Positions 28,589 to 38,679 are shown, counted from the first letter of the stretch. The stretch: 64,000 nucleotides of DNA from a bacterium (GCA_021786315.1 JAJYNN010000003.1:3360-67359); one strand, 5' to 3'. Numbers and translations are program-made. The notes: generated by a model from the sequence alone, not told the origin.

Positions 28589-29947
28589 TTATACGGACTG
28601 CCCGGTATCCTCCGTCAAGAGGGAAAATAGGCTTTGCTGAAGTTGATTATTGCCATCAAACCTTTTGATAATTTCCCGCAGCGTATACAATTCTCTTTGC
28701 CTTAAATGTGCCCGTTTTTTATAGACTTCGTGTCCGCTTTTTAAAGTTTGCAGAAAGTTTTCCATTATTTCTTCATCCATCGTCTCATAAAAAGATATTG
28801 GTGGCTGCGAAAGCAGGTAGGCAATCTCCATTTTACCGATGCGAACGGAACTATTTTGGTTATCTAAAAGATGTTTATTCCCTAATGCCGCATACCTAGT
28901 TACTTGGGTGATGTCCTCCGGACGGGGACTGCTTTGCACTTCTTTTAGCTGTAAAATTCCCCGTTCCTTATCTCCTAAGGATTTAAGTTCCCAAATTCCC
29001 AGTTTCAAGCTTTTACCTTCAAAACACATTCCCAATAAGCGGATGAGTTCATCAAACGTTTTGATATCATGCCTCGCCAGTTCTCTTAAAGACAAACTCT
29101 CTTCTTTGGAAGGGGAGGTACCATCAATTGTATCCACCCATAGACCATCAGCTTTGCCGGAAGCCACTTTTTGACCATCATCAAAAACTGCCACTTTAGG
29201 GAAAGTGATTTCCCTAAATAAAACCCGCTCCTCCGGTTCCCTTAAATACCTTAATGCCGCATAACCCCAGCTTCTTAAAAATAAAGATGAGGCATATTGC
29301 ACCTTGGGAATTTCTACCTCCCTCAAGGTTTTAAGGTAGGAACCAAAAACAAGGGGAAGTAGATCATGCAGCCGGTCAACCATTGGCCTCTGCAGCACCA
29401 CCAATTCCTCTGCCGTTTCACCGTTTGTGGGATATTTCCCTAACTCCAAAAGACAATAATCAATTTCCTGGAGGTAGCTTTTATCAATTGGGCCTTCATC
29501 AAAAAAAGAAGGCTGGACAAAAGATAAGGGAAGTTCTCTCTTAAAAAGTTTCCCCACAACTTCATGGGTTAAGCTTCCAAATTGATAAAAATTTCCCCCT
29601 AAAAGCGGATCGGTATTCCCTTGCTTCCCACGCTTTTTTTCCCGAAGTTTATCCCTTATTCTCCATCTGGCATTGACGTTAAACCGGCCATTTACTTTGG
29701 TATCCGAAACATGGAGAAAATCCGGATCAGTGACCGGACAAGCGGCAAAAAGAGAGTTTAGTTCGACAATTGCAGCTTCTCCCGAAATGCCGGACAGGGC
29801 AAGGCTATCCAACATCATCCGGCACTTTATTTTATGGCCGTACTTTTCAAACCACTCTAAAAAATCAGGGTGGAGGGAAAAGACATCGATTCCCGTTTGC
29901 TGCAATGCGGCAAGATCTAAAATTTTTCCGTTTTTTATTTCTGACAT
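28589..29947 (-). CDS. PD-(D/E)XK nuclease-like protein (RecB/Cas4-like motif order)
   Basis: FGSLTHE, GKADGL, WELKS and QVTRY motifs in canonical order. Confidence 0.65.
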   Translation of the reverse strand: MSEIKNGKILDLAALQQTGIDVFSLHPDFLEWFEKYGHKIKCRMMLDSLALSGISGEAAIVELNSLFAACPVTDPDFLHVSDTKVNGRFNVNARWRIRDKLREKKRGKQGNTDPLLGGNFYQFGSLTHEVVGKLFKRELPLSFVQPSFFDEGPIDKSYLQEIDYCLLELGKYPTNGETAEELVVLQRPMVDRLHDLLPLVFGSYLKTLREVEIPKVQYASSLFLRSWGYAALRYLREPEERVLFREITFPKVAVFDDGQKVASGKADGLWVDTIDGTSPSKEESLSLRELARHDIKTFDELIRLLGMCFEGKSLKLGIWELKSLGDKERGILQLKEVQSSPRPEDITQVTRYAALGNKHLLDNQNSSVRIGKMEIAYLLSQPPISFYETMDEEIMENFLQTLKSGHEVYKKRAHLRQRELYTLREIIKRFDGNNQLQQSLFSLLTEDTGQSV

Positions 29948-30005
29948 ACCACCAAGGGCAGGAAGATACAGGTAAAATAGCGGCTTAAGAAAAATAAATC
30001 AAGCT

Positions 30006-30284
30006 CTATAAATTAGATGCTTCGGTTTTTAGCCCGGTAAAATCTTCCGAAAAATCTTCCGGGGCAAATTTCCCGGCCTCTTCTCCTAAATTACTGTCCT
30101 GGTTAAAGACAATAGGGGTAGGTGTTGGAATAAGGGTGGGCGTTGGAATCTTAGTTGGGGCGGCCAAGAACTGCCCGGCAAACGGAGAGGCTAAACCCTC
30201 ATCATTTGAAGTTCCTATTTTAACTGCCGTCACCAAAACAGCCGCTATCACCAAACCAAAAATTAATAACTTTTTCCCTTTCAT
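30006..30284 (-). CDS. Small membrane-anchored Pro/Thr-rich protein
   Basis: N-terminal signal/TM segment and PTPT repeats. Confidence 0.75.
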   Translation of the reverse strand: MKGKKLLIFGLVIAAVLVTAVKIGTSNDEGLASPFAGQFLAAPTKIPTPTLIPTPTPIVFNQDSNLGEEAGKFAPEDFSEDFTGLKTEASNL

Positions 30285-30808
30285 TTCCCAACCACCCCCT
30301 GCAATATTTTTTGGGAATAAATAACCTTGGACCGGGTAGAATTCAACTCTGACTGGAAGAGGTTAATTGTCGAATTGGCATCACTTTTAATATTGCCTTC
30401 GGAGGATAAATCAAAGATATAAATCTTGGCTGCCTGGTAAGCCACCGCTTCATGGGCATACGTCACCCAATACCTTGCCGTCTTAATATTTTCGGCATCC
30501 TTACCGTTTTCCCTTCTTTCATATTCATCCAAAATGGCTGCCTGAACTTCCATAATCCGGTCCAGCTGGTCTGTCCTCTTTTTATTAACAGCCGCAATAT
30601 CTTCTGATAGTTTTATCAGCGCCTGTTTGTGGACTGCAGAATAACTAGCAACCCTTTTCTCATAAGCTGCTCTTTTCGCCTGAACAATATCTTCAGGTGT
30701 AATCCTCGCTTGTACATTAAATGTAATAAAAAAAGAAAGTGAGATGCTTAGAAAAACTAAAATTCCCTTAATGCTTACCACTAATCCCTTACCCCTAATT
30801 TTCCTCAT
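30281..30808 (-). CDS. Secreted helical hypothetical protein
   Basis: Signal peptide ending VQA; overlaps neighbours in an operon. Confidence 0.75.
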   Translation of the reverse strand: MRKIRGKGLVVSIKGILVFLSISLSFFITFNVQARITPEDIVQAKRAAYEKRVASYSAVHKQALIKLSEDIAAVNKKRTDQLDRIMEVQAAILDEYERRENGKDAENIKTARYWVTYAHEAVAYQAAKIYIFDLSSEGNIKSDANSTINLFQSELNSTRSKVIYSQKILQGVVGK

Positions 30809-32315
30809 GTGCCCTATATGTTAAAGCCTCAGCTATGTGTTCCGTCAATATGTTTTCCGATTCCGCCAGGTCAGCAATTGTCCGGGAGAGTTTTAAGACC
30901 CGGTGATAGCCACGGGCCGATAAATTCATTTGGGAGATCGCCAATTTTAAGAGATCTAATGCTTCAGTAGTGATTTGGCAAAATTGTTTGATATGGGAAT
31001 TATTCATCTCGGAATTGGTTAGAATCCCGCTTTTAGCAAATCTTTTTAGTTGGACTTTTCTGGCTCTTTCCACTCTTTCTCTAACTGTTTTGGAATTTTC
31101 CGCCAACTCCTCCCCCGTCAGTTTTTCCACATCGACATAAGGCACATCTAGATGGATATCAATCCGGTCCAAAAGCGGGCCGGACATCTTCTTTTTGTAA
31201 CGGGAAATTTGCCCCGGCATGCAAACACAATTTTTGTTGGGACTACCTAAAAACCCGCAGGGGCAAGGGTTGTGAGCAGCCAATAAAATAAACTGTGAGG
31301 GGAAAGTTAAGGATCCGGAAGCCCGGGAAATAGTCACTTTTTTATCTTCCAGCGGTTGACGGAGCGCTTCCAAAACCTGCCGGGGAAATTCCGGCAGCTC
31401 ATCCATAAACAACACTCCCCGGTGAGCCAAGGAGACTTCCCCCGGCTTGATATTATTCCCTCCTCCGATCATCCCCACATAAGAGGCAGTATGGTGTGGA
31501 GCCCGGAAGGGGCGGACTGTGACAATTGGTAAATCCGGGGAAAGGTTACCGGAGACAGAATATACCTTTGTTACCTCCAACGCCTCCTGTTTGGTCAAAG
31601 AGGGAAGGATGGAGGGAAAGCTTCGGGCAAGAAGTGTTTTTCCGGCACCGGGAGGCCCTTTTAATATAACGTTGTGTCCCCCGGCGGCAGCAATTTCCAG
31701 CGCCCTTTTAGCCTGCTGCTGCCCCTTTATATCTTTAAAATCATATTCATAATCCCTCTCCAAGGTTAACTCCAAACTTGTAGGAGTTTGCGGTTCCACA
31801 ACTTTTGCCCCGACCAAAAATTGAAAGACCTCCAATAAATTTGTAAAGGGATAAACTTCCAGTCCTTCCACAATTGCTGCTTCGGTAGCATTTTCCTTGG
31901 GGACAAAAATCCTTTTTAAACCTAAGTTTTGGGCTAAAATGGCATACGATAGAATTCCATGGGTGGAGCGCAAACTGCCATCCAGGGACAGCTCCCCGAC
32001 AATTAAAGTATCCGATAAATCCTTCTCCAGTTGCCCTGAAGCCAGGAGCAGCCCTATGGCAATCGGCAAGTCAAAAGCCGGACCCTCTTTAGGTAAATCC
32101 GCCGGGGCTAAGTTGACGGTAATCCTTTTGGCCGGAAAATCCGCCTGGGAATTTTTTAAGGCTGAACGAACCCTTTCCCTTGATTCCTCCACCGCCCTGT
32201 CGGCTAATCCAACGAGGGTAAAAGAGGGGAGACCCTGGGAGGCAATATCCACCTCCACAGTTACAGGTACTGATTCCAAACCGACATTAGCCCCCGAAAT
32301 TACTTTGGCCAGCAT
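30795..32315 (-). CDS. comM: YifB/ComM Mg-chelatase-like AAA+ ATPase
   Basis: ITVNLAPADLPK, GPPGAGKT, PGEVSLAHRGVLFMDE, NPCPCG, SGPLLDRID. Confidence 0.93.
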   Translation of the reverse strand: MLAKVISGANVGLESVPVTVEVDIASQGLPSFTLVGLADRAVEESRERVRSALKNSQADFPAKRITVNLAPADLPKEGPAFDLPIAIGLLLASGQLEKDLSDTLIVGELSLDGSLRSTHGILSYAILAQNLGLKRIFVPKENATEAAIVEGLEVYPFTNLLEVFQFLVGAKVVEPQTPTSLELTLERDYEYDFKDIKGQQQAKRALEIAAAGGHNVILKGPPGAGKTLLARSFPSILPSLTKQEALEVTKVYSVSGNLSPDLPIVTVRPFRAPHHTASYVGMIGGGNNIKPGEVSLAHRGVLFMDELPEFPRQVLEALRQPLEDKKVTISRASGSLTFPSQFILLAAHNPCPCGFLGSPNKNCVCMPGQISRYKKKMSGPLLDRIDIHLDVPYVDVEKLTGEELAENSKTVRERVERARKVQLKRFAKSGILTNSEMNNSHIKQFCQITTEALDLLKLAISQMNLSARGYHRVLKLSRTIADLAESENILTEHIAEALTYRAHEEN

Positions 32316-32348
32316 TCCAAAACCAGTATACCAAAACTACAAGATATA

Positions 32349-33938
32349 CTACCCTAGTTTTTCCCTTTGGGACCTAAGGAAAAGGAACCAGTGTTCAAAG
32401 AAGGCAAAAAGCTCTTTAAACGGAGTTTCAATTAGAAGATCAAACATGACAATTAAAATATTGGCTTTGGAAATCCCCACAGTTAACTGCCTTCCCACCT
32501 GAATAAAGGGCATAAAAAGAAAATCAAAAAGCAGCATCCTCCAGCTTTGTTTCTCTTCCGCCATAGTATAAATCCTAGCAGTCTGGTCTATGCGGTAGGC
32601 AAAGAAGGAGACAATCGCCAAAAAGAAAACAAATACTCCCTGGCTAACAATATTAAAATGGAGCTTGCTTAAGATAAAGACGACCACCCCAAAGCCCAAA
32701 ATACAGGCCAGGACCCAAAGCATCCCGTAAACGATATATAAAACCGGATTGCTTTTAGGATAATTCTCAATAATCACCTGTTCCTTCCTAAAAGGCTGGT
32801 TATCAAATAAAACAGCTTTAATTTTTTCTAAAATCCTTTTGGAATTCTCCTGGTCGGGGGTTTTGATAAACATACTGACTAATAACATCAAAAAAGGCGG
32901 TGCCGAGGTATTTAGAGCAATCGATCCCCATATGACCTTGCCATATACAAAGCTTTCAAAACTTCCCTCCACAGCCAGAGCTAAAGAGGCCTTGGTGATA
33001 AAAAGAAAGATAATGCTCCTTAAGACTGCCCGCCTGACCTTGACTTTTATTTCCCGGTAGTGTTCCAGACAAGTCCCCAAAACCGCATTTTCCAATTCCA
33101 CTTCATTATTTAAAATCCTTGGCAAATCTTTTTGGTGTTTCCGCAAGATATCTTCCAGAATGAAAAACGGCGGCGTCTGGTTTTTGACGTAGGTATAAAT
33201 TTTATCCTTTAGCGGATAGTTTAATAAGCTTTCTATCTTTTGGTACCCTGGCAAGAAACCAGCAGCAACTTCATTAAGGTTTTCTTTTGTGAGCCCCCCA
33301 AATAGCTGGTAAAAAAGGTCAAACCGCAAAAGCCCTAAATCTTCCTTGGCTAAAGTTTTCCTTATGGCGATAAAGACCTGGACATCCTTTGTCTCTTCAT
33401 CCTCCCCCTTTAAGATTACCTGGCCCTTCAGTAACTGAAACATAAAATTGGCCATGTTTTTAATCTCTTTGTAAGGATGCAAAATCTGGGTAATATCAGC
33501 AGACATAACTTCAAAGATCCATTCTTCCGTTTTCTTCTTTGGTAGATCAGAATGGCTGGTAACTTTTTCCGATAGCGAGACATATAAATTAATTTTCTCC
33601 GCCACTTCTTCGATCACCTTTTCCGGAATCGTGTTGTCCGGAAAATACCTGGCCCACACCAGTTCCCTAACCAGGGACTGGGCAGCTTTTTCTCCGCTGT
33701 TGCCCAGCATCAGCCTTCTTTTAACGATTCTTTCTATAGCCGACCGCAAAATAACTTCATCGTTGCGGTAATCCGCTGCATCTTCCCGGTAGTCCATAGC
33801 ATTGCGAACTTTTTCATACCATTTGGCTACTTCGGCAACCAGGGGGTTTACGGAAATCTTCTTGTCGTTTGTTGGAAGATCTTCCCTGTTAAACTCGCGG
33901 ACCAGGGCCAGGGAAATTGGTGATAATTTTTTCTGCAT
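32349..33938 (-). CDS. Membrane hypothetical protein
   Basis: 529-aa ORF; soluble N-terminus and several C-terminal TM helices. Confidence 0.8.
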   Translation of the reverse strand: MQKKLSPISLALVREFNREDLPTNDKKISVNPLVAEVAKWYEKVRNAMDYREDAADYRNDEVILRSAIERIVKRRLMLGNSGEKAAQSLVRELVWARYFPDNTIPEKVIEEVAEKINLYVSLSEKVTSHSDLPKKKTEEWIFEVMSADITQILHPYKEIKNMANFMFQLLKGQVILKGEDEETKDVQVFIAIRKTLAKEDLGLLRFDLFYQLFGGLTKENLNEVAAGFLPGYQKIESLLNYPLKDKIYTYVKNQTPPFFILEDILRKHQKDLPRILNNEVELENAVLGTCLEHYREIKVKVRRAVLRSIIFLFITKASLALAVEGSFESFVYGKVIWGSIALNTSAPPFLMLLVSMFIKTPDQENSKRILEKIKAVLFDNQPFRKEQVIIENYPKSNPVLYIVYGMLWVLACILGFGVVVFILSKLHFNIVSQGVFVFFLAIVSFFAYRIDQTARIYTMAEEKQSWRMLLFDFLFMPFIQVGRQLTVGISKANILIVMFDLLIETPFKELFAFFEHWFLFLRSQREKLG

Positions 33939-33994
33939 ACTAAAACCTACAGGTCATTATACAAATCCAAAGCGGTTTGGTAAACTTGAAAGCT

Positions 33995-34774
33995 ATGCAC
34001 GAATTTTTAGGGGCCTACCAACCCGGAATGAAACTCGCTGATTTACATATCCACTCAGCAGGATCTGACGGCGTGCTCACGTTCCAGCAGATTACAGAGA
34101 AAGCAGCCGCCCAAGGGCTGGACAGTATTGCCATCACCGACCATGAAGTTATCGACTTCGCACAGCTGGCAAAAAAACATTGCCGGAATCAGGGGTTGCC
34201 TCTGGAGGTAGTTGTCGGTGCCGAGATAACGACTGCCCGGGGGCATTTGGTTGGGCTATATTTAGAAAAAAATATACCCAGCGGCAAGCCTTTAAATTGG
34301 ACCATTAAAGAGATCCATAGCCAGGGAGGGTTAGTTGTTGCCCCTCATCCATTTTTAAGACTCACAAAATCGGTAGGGAAAAAAGGACTACTTGAGGTAA
34401 TTAGCAGCCACGACCCGGAAGTTTATTTTGATGGTTTTGAGGTTTTTAACGGCGCCGCTTTTGACCGGTGGCCCCAGGACAACGAAAGTGCTTTATCGTT
34501 TTATACTCAATTCAGCAATAAATTAGGGTCACCCATCGGAGGGACTGATGCCCATTTCCGGACTATCGGCAGAGGATTGACAGGCTATACCAAACCTTTG
34601 AGGGAAGCCATTATAAATAAACAAACTGCTGTTTTTTACCTTAATGAAAAAGAACAGGCAGCGCCTGCTGATTATTTAATGAATTTTTACCGGGGAATAA
34701 TATTGGAACCCAAACGGCGGATCGAGAGGTTCACCCAAAGGGAGTTGATCGGACCCTTAATTCCTGGAGAGTAA
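33995..34774 (+). CDS. PHP-domain metal-dependent phosphoesterase
   Basis: DLHIHS..SDG, AITDH, GAEI, PHP, GGTDAH. Confidence 0.9.
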   Translation: MHEFLGAYQPGMKLADLHIHSAGSDGVLTFQQITEKAAAQGLDSIAITDHEVIDFAQLAKKHCRNQGLPLEVVVGAEITTARGHLVGLYLEKNIPSGKPLNWTIKEIHSQGGLVVAPHPFLRLTKSVGKKGLLEVISSHDPEVYFDGFEVFNGAAFDRWPQDNESALSFYTQFSNKLGSPIGGTDAHFRTIGRGLTGYTKPLREAIINKQTAVFYLNEKEQAAPADYLMNFYRGIILEPKRRIERFTQRELIGPLIPGE

Positions 34775-34793
34775 AGTTTGTGCCTAGGAAGCG

Positions 34794-34823
34794 TATAAGC
34801 GGAGCTTGCGACCCTCGGTCTAA
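34794..34823 (-). repeat. AGACC-n-GGTCGCAAGCT-n-GCTTA intergenic element inside a duplicated rnpB 3' end
   Basis: Matches the copies at 36230-36260 and 47692-47721. Confidence 0.8.
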
Positions 34824-34833
34824 AGCCAGATTC

Positions 34834-35172
34834 TGCCTAGGAAGCTTGTAAGCCAGATTCTGTCTTTTACCCAAACCTCGATCTGTTAAGTTTGAAGTAA
34901 TTGATGAAATCTATCTACCAAGTGATATAAATGTCACTTTGTTCCCGTTTTAAGGGATGCTCCTGATTTTGACTGTTGAGCGAGCAGCCCAGTCATTTCT
35001 AGGATTGCAGCGGGGAGGATTGCCCTTTTCACTCCGGCTTGACCCGGCATTAGTCTCTGTTGCTCTAACTAGCGGTTACCCGTATTATCTTACGATAATC
35101 ACCCTGCTCTATGCTGTCTGGACTTTCCTTACTTCGCCTTACGGTTCAGCATATCATCCAGCTTCCTAGGCA
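34834..35172 (-). ncRNA. rnpB: RNase P RNA
   Basis: P1 TGCCTAGGAAGCT/AGCTTCCTAGGCA; conserved GGAAAGTCCAGA and ACAGAATCTGGCTTA (P4); AGAGCAACAGAGAC and GTGAAAAGGGCAATCC segments. Confidence 0.93.
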
Positions 35173-35208
35173 CGTATATTTTATCAGGATAGAAAGGGGG
35201 AATCAAAT

Positions 35209-36183
35209 TTAGACAGGCTCTTCATCAATCTTTAAACTCTCCTGTAAAATAAGTTGCACCACTACGGCAATAGGCACCGCCAAAAGCGCTCCCCCCAAAC
35301 CCAATAGCCTTCCCCCCACCGAAATTGCCAGGATTACTAAAATCGGATTTAAACCTACAGCCCGTTTCATCACCTGAGGGACTAAGACATGTCCTTCGAC
35401 CTCCTGAACCACTAAATACAACCCGGCTACCAGGGCAGCCAGAAGCGGGGATACCGTCAGAGCAATAAGGACCGCCGGGATGGCAGCAATAATTGGCCCT
35501 AAAACCGGCACCACTTCCAAAAACGCGGCAATAATGGCCAACGGCAAAGCAAAATCTACACCTAAAATTATCAGGCCGGCATAAGTTAAGGTGCCGACCG
35601 CCAGGGATAAGAAAAGCTGTCCCCGGAGCCATGATCCCAATTTGTCCTCAATCATCCGCATAACTTTTTTGGCCTTTCCCTGCCGGCTCCCGAAAAATGA
35701 GGTAGCGTAATCTTCAATATGCCCCCGGTCCAGCAGTAAATAAACCGTAATCACTAAAACACTGACAAACCCAATCAGGTTTTTAAAGATACTGACCGTA
35801 ATGTCTACAGCCTGTCCCGGGAGCTTGGAAAGTTCCTGCTGTAAGACACCCGGATCAACAATGTGTGCCTGGGCAAGCATTGAAGTCATCTCAGTTAATC
35901 TCTGGGTCAAATGACTGGTTTGGTTAATCAAAGGGGTAAACCCAACTGTCAATGCCCCTACCAGGCCCAAAACAAGGAGTAAAAGAAGGAGTAAAATTGC
36001 CACCACCCGGGGGACTTTCCACTTAACTAATTTTTCCACCAACGGCGCCAATGCCGACATAAAGATAAACGACACAAAAAACAGCAGCAAAATATCCAGG
36101 ATCTTAAATACGATCCAAAGAAGGATCAGAAAAATGGTCACAAAAATGATGGTTTTATAAGAAATATCTATCCTTCGTGTCAT
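35209..36183 (-). CDS. AI-2E family transporter
   Basis: WLRGQL, VPVLGP, QEVEGHVLVPQVM, L.P...ILA...GG.L.G..GA.LAVP. Confidence 0.9.
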   Translation of the reverse strand: MTRRIDISYKTIIFVTIFLILLWIVFKILDILLLFFVSFIFMSALAPLVEKLVKWKVPRVVAILLLLLLLVLGLVGALTVGFTPLINQTSHLTQRLTEMTSMLAQAHIVDPGVLQQELSKLPGQAVDITVSIFKNLIGFVSVLVITVYLLLDRGHIEDYATSFFGSRQGKAKKVMRMIEDKLGSWLRGQLFLSLAVGTLTYAGLIILGVDFALPLAIIAAFLEVVPVLGPIIAAIPAVLIALTVSPLLAALVAGLYLVVQEVEGHVLVPQVMKRAVGLNPILVILAISVGGRLLGLGGALLAVPIAVVVQLILQESLKIDEEPV

Positions 36184-36229
36184 ATAATTTTCCCTATAAT
36201 CCCGAAAGATATTTCTTTCAAGCTTTGCT

Positions 36230-36260
36230 TAAGACCAATAGGTCGTAAGCTGTGCTTATA
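36230..36260 (+). repeat. AGACC/GGTC-AAGCT-GCTTA intergenic element
   Basis: TAAGACCAATAGGTCGTAAGCTGTGCTTATA, preceded by AAGCTTTGCTTA. Confidence 0.8.
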
Positions 36261-36267
36261 TGAGATA

Positions 36268-37239
36268 TCAATCCGTCTGGTCATCGCTTGAATCATACCA
36301 CGCAGATACGGCCTTTTCCACCTGATTGGCTACATCTTTTAAAGTGGTATCAAACCATAAAATATCCTGAACCTTTTTAAACCAGGTCATTTGCCTTTTG
36401 GCATACCGGTAAATCTTTACCGACAGTTGTTCAACAAACTGGTCCTGGTTAATTTCCCCCTCCAGAAGTTTTGCCAGCATCCCGTATTCCAACCCCAGTT
36501 CCTTCATCCTTTGAAAACTCAACCCTTCTTGATGCAGCTCCTCCGCCTCTTTTATCATCCCTTGCTGGATCCGGGAAATTAAACGGTTAAAAATCCGTTT
36601 TTTAACCAGGTCCCGGGGGGCAGTAAGGCCAACCTTAAGAAGGTCGTAATTTTCAATTTTAAATTTTAAATTTTTAATTGGTCGCTTGTATGGATACATA
36701 TGTACTAATTCGATAGAGCGGAGGAGACGGCGTGGATTTTTTCTGTCAGATTCATTCAGTTCATTAAAACGGGTAGGGGAGAGTGATATTAATTTTTCCT
36801 GGAGCTCCAAAAGGCTAAGGTCTTCCAACTCCCCTCTTAACTTCTCATCCACCGGAACTTCCAAGTTAGGCAAACCTTCAAGCAAAGCCCTGATATATAA
36901 CCCGGTTCCTCCAACAATAATTGGCAATTTGCCTCTTTCTAAAATATCCCCGATTATCTTCTCTGCCTGTTCTGCATAATCCTTCACCGTATACCTCACC
37001 TGCGGATCAACAACGTCATACATCCATACCTTCACCTCATCCATTTCCCAAAAACCTTGACCCTTTTTTACATCCACCTCATCTCCCGGCAATTTACCGG
37101 TTCCAATATCCAATCCTTTATAAACCTGGCGGGAATCAGCCGAAATCAGCTCCCCGTTGAACTTTTTTGCCAGCATTAACCCCAGGTCGGTTTTCCCTGT
37201 GGCTGTTGGCCCTAAAATTACTAATGCTTTTTTCATCAT
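36268..37239 (-). CDS. miaA: tRNA dimethylallyltransferase
   Basis: GPTATGKT, SADSRQVY.GLDIGTGK, VGGTGLY, YAKRQMTWF. Confidence 0.95.
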   Translation of the reverse strand: MMKKALVILGPTATGKTDLGLMLAKKFNGELISADSRQVYKGLDIGTGKLPGDEVDVKKGQGFWEMDEVKVWMYDVVDPQVRYTVKDYAEQAEKIIGDILERGKLPIIVGGTGLYIRALLEGLPNLEVPVDEKLRGELEDLSLLELQEKLISLSPTRFNELNESDRKNPRRLLRSIELVHMYPYKRPIKNLKFKIENYDLLKVGLTAPRDLVKKRIFNRLISRIQQGMIKEAEELHQEGLSFQRMKELGLEYGMLAKLLEGEINQDQFVEQLSVKIYRYAKRQMTWFKKVQDILWFDTTLKDVANQVEKAVSAWYDSSDDQTD

Positions 37240-37247
37240 GCTAAAAT

Positions 37248-37949
37248 ATGGGTAATTGTATGATTATTGAAGGAAGTGATCAACCGGAAATAGCCAAAAA
37301 GGCCTGGGTGGCCCGGGAAAACGGTGACCCGGTTTTGGCCATCGCTTTATGGACCCAACTCCTGCGGGAGCTGGAACTCGCCGGAGAATGGGAAAAGGTC
37401 ATCAATTACCTGGTGGATATCTCGATTGCCTGGAAAAATTTTGCCTCTGAAACGGAAAATCCGGAATACGCTTTAACCTCTTTAAAGACTTTGGATTATG
37501 CGAAGTTTCTCGCTGAAAAATATAACATTCCCCTAAGGAAAGATTGGGAACTTTTAGTCGGAAGAGTTGAAGTTGACTGCCAAAATTATTCCGATGCCAT
37601 CAAAAAGCTGGAACATTACTTGGAAACTGCCCAGCTGAGACCGGAAGAAAAGGCGGATATTAAAAGCCAGATAGGCTTTGCTAAGTTTAAGTCAGGCGAT
37701 AAGGAAGAAGGCTTGAAACTTTTGGAAGAAGGTTTAAATGACTTGGAACACATCTCAGAAGACGTTACCTATCAGGATAAGAGTTTGGTGGAGATAAAAA
37801 GGACCGGGGCTAAATTAAGATTAGCCCGGGTTTTGGATGATAAAGAAAAAGCTAAGAAACTCGCAGAAGAAGCATTACAGGAGGCTCAAGAAAAAAGTCT
37901 CGGCGCCCGGGTCAAAGAAGCCCAGAAGCTTCTGGATAAAATGGTATAA
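37248..37949 (+). CDS. TPR-like helical repeat protein
   Basis: Repeated amphipathic helical pairs; ARENGD resembles ARESGN of the downstream gene. Confidence 0.7.
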   Translation: MGNCMIIEGSDQPEIAKKAWVARENGDPVLAIALWTQLLRELELAGEWEKVINYLVDISIAWKNFASETENPEYALTSLKTLDYAKFLAEKYNIPLRKDWELLVGRVEVDCQNYSDAIKKLEHYLETAQLRPEEKADIKSQIGFAKFKSGDKEEGLKLLEEGLNDLEHISEDVTYQDKSLVEIKRTGAKLRLARVLDDKEKAKKLAEEALQEAQEKSLGARVKEAQKLLDKMV

Positions 37950-37956
37950 TCAAAAC

Positions 37957-38679
37957 ATGGATTCCCAAGGAAGACAATTACATGGAGAAGCAGCTAAAGC
38001 CCGAGAAAGCGGAAATTTTGTCGAAGCCCTTAAATTACTCGACCAGGCCTTAATTGCTTATCAGGAAGCAGGAGATAAATTAGGTTTTTCGGAAGCAATC
38101 TCTGATCGTTCCATTACTTTACGCCATTTATCCCAGCAAACCAACGATAATGACTATTTAAAACTTGCCGAATCAGAAATGAAAGCAGCAATAGAAATAG
38201 CTCAGGGATCAGGTAATTCTGAAGCACTTTCCATACCTTTATTTAATCTGGCTCAAACCCAGGAGGATTTAGGAAAATACGACGAGGCAATAAAAAATTA
38301 CCAGGAATCCATCTCTAAAACGTCTGCAGGCACGCCAGGTGCTGAAATTAGTTCATATAGTCCAGCCCAAAACCGACCAGCATATTTAGCTAACATGAAA
38401 ACTCACCTGGCACACGCAGAATACAAAAACGGAAACAAAAAAGCTCTTGAAGAGATGGAACAAGCAATTAAAGATTTAGAAAATTCCGAAGAGCCTGATT
38501 TTTATAGCAAAAATGTTTGGCTTTCCGGATCTTATATGAGAACCACCGACATGTTAAAAGATGATGACCCTCAGAAAGCCAAAGAATATTTACAAAAGGC
38601 TAAAGAAATTATTGATTCTGATGAAAGATTAACTTTAAGGAAAAAACAGTGGGAAAAATTAGCGGCAAGCTTTAATTAA
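37957..38679 (+). CDS. Tetratricopeptide repeat protein
   Basis: LFNLAQTQEDLGKYDEAIKNYQES. Start moved to ATG 37957, 6 nt after TATAAT. Confidence 0.8.
   Translation: MDSQGRQLHGEAAKARESGNFVEALKLLDQALIAYQEAGDKLGFSEAISDRSITLRHLSQQTNDNDYLKLAESEMKAAIEIAQGSGNSEALSIPLFNLAQTQEDLGKYDEAIKNYQESISKTSAGTPGAEISSYSPAQNRPAYLANMKTHLAHAEYKNGNKKALEEMEQAIKDLENSEEPDFYSKNVWLSGSYMRTTDMLKDDDPQKAKEYLQKAKEIIDSDERLTLRKKQWEKLAASFN

Noticed and set aside
28589-29947. Cas4 of a CRISPR system
   Set aside because: No Cas4-type C-terminal Cys cluster, no array and no other cas genes.
31897-32502. 201-aa plus-strand ORF and similar antisense ORFs across the window
   Set aside because: Antisense shadows of well-supported genes, with no motifs.
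34957-35169. 70-aa ORF in the track
   Set aside because: Antisense to the RNase P RNA; spurious.
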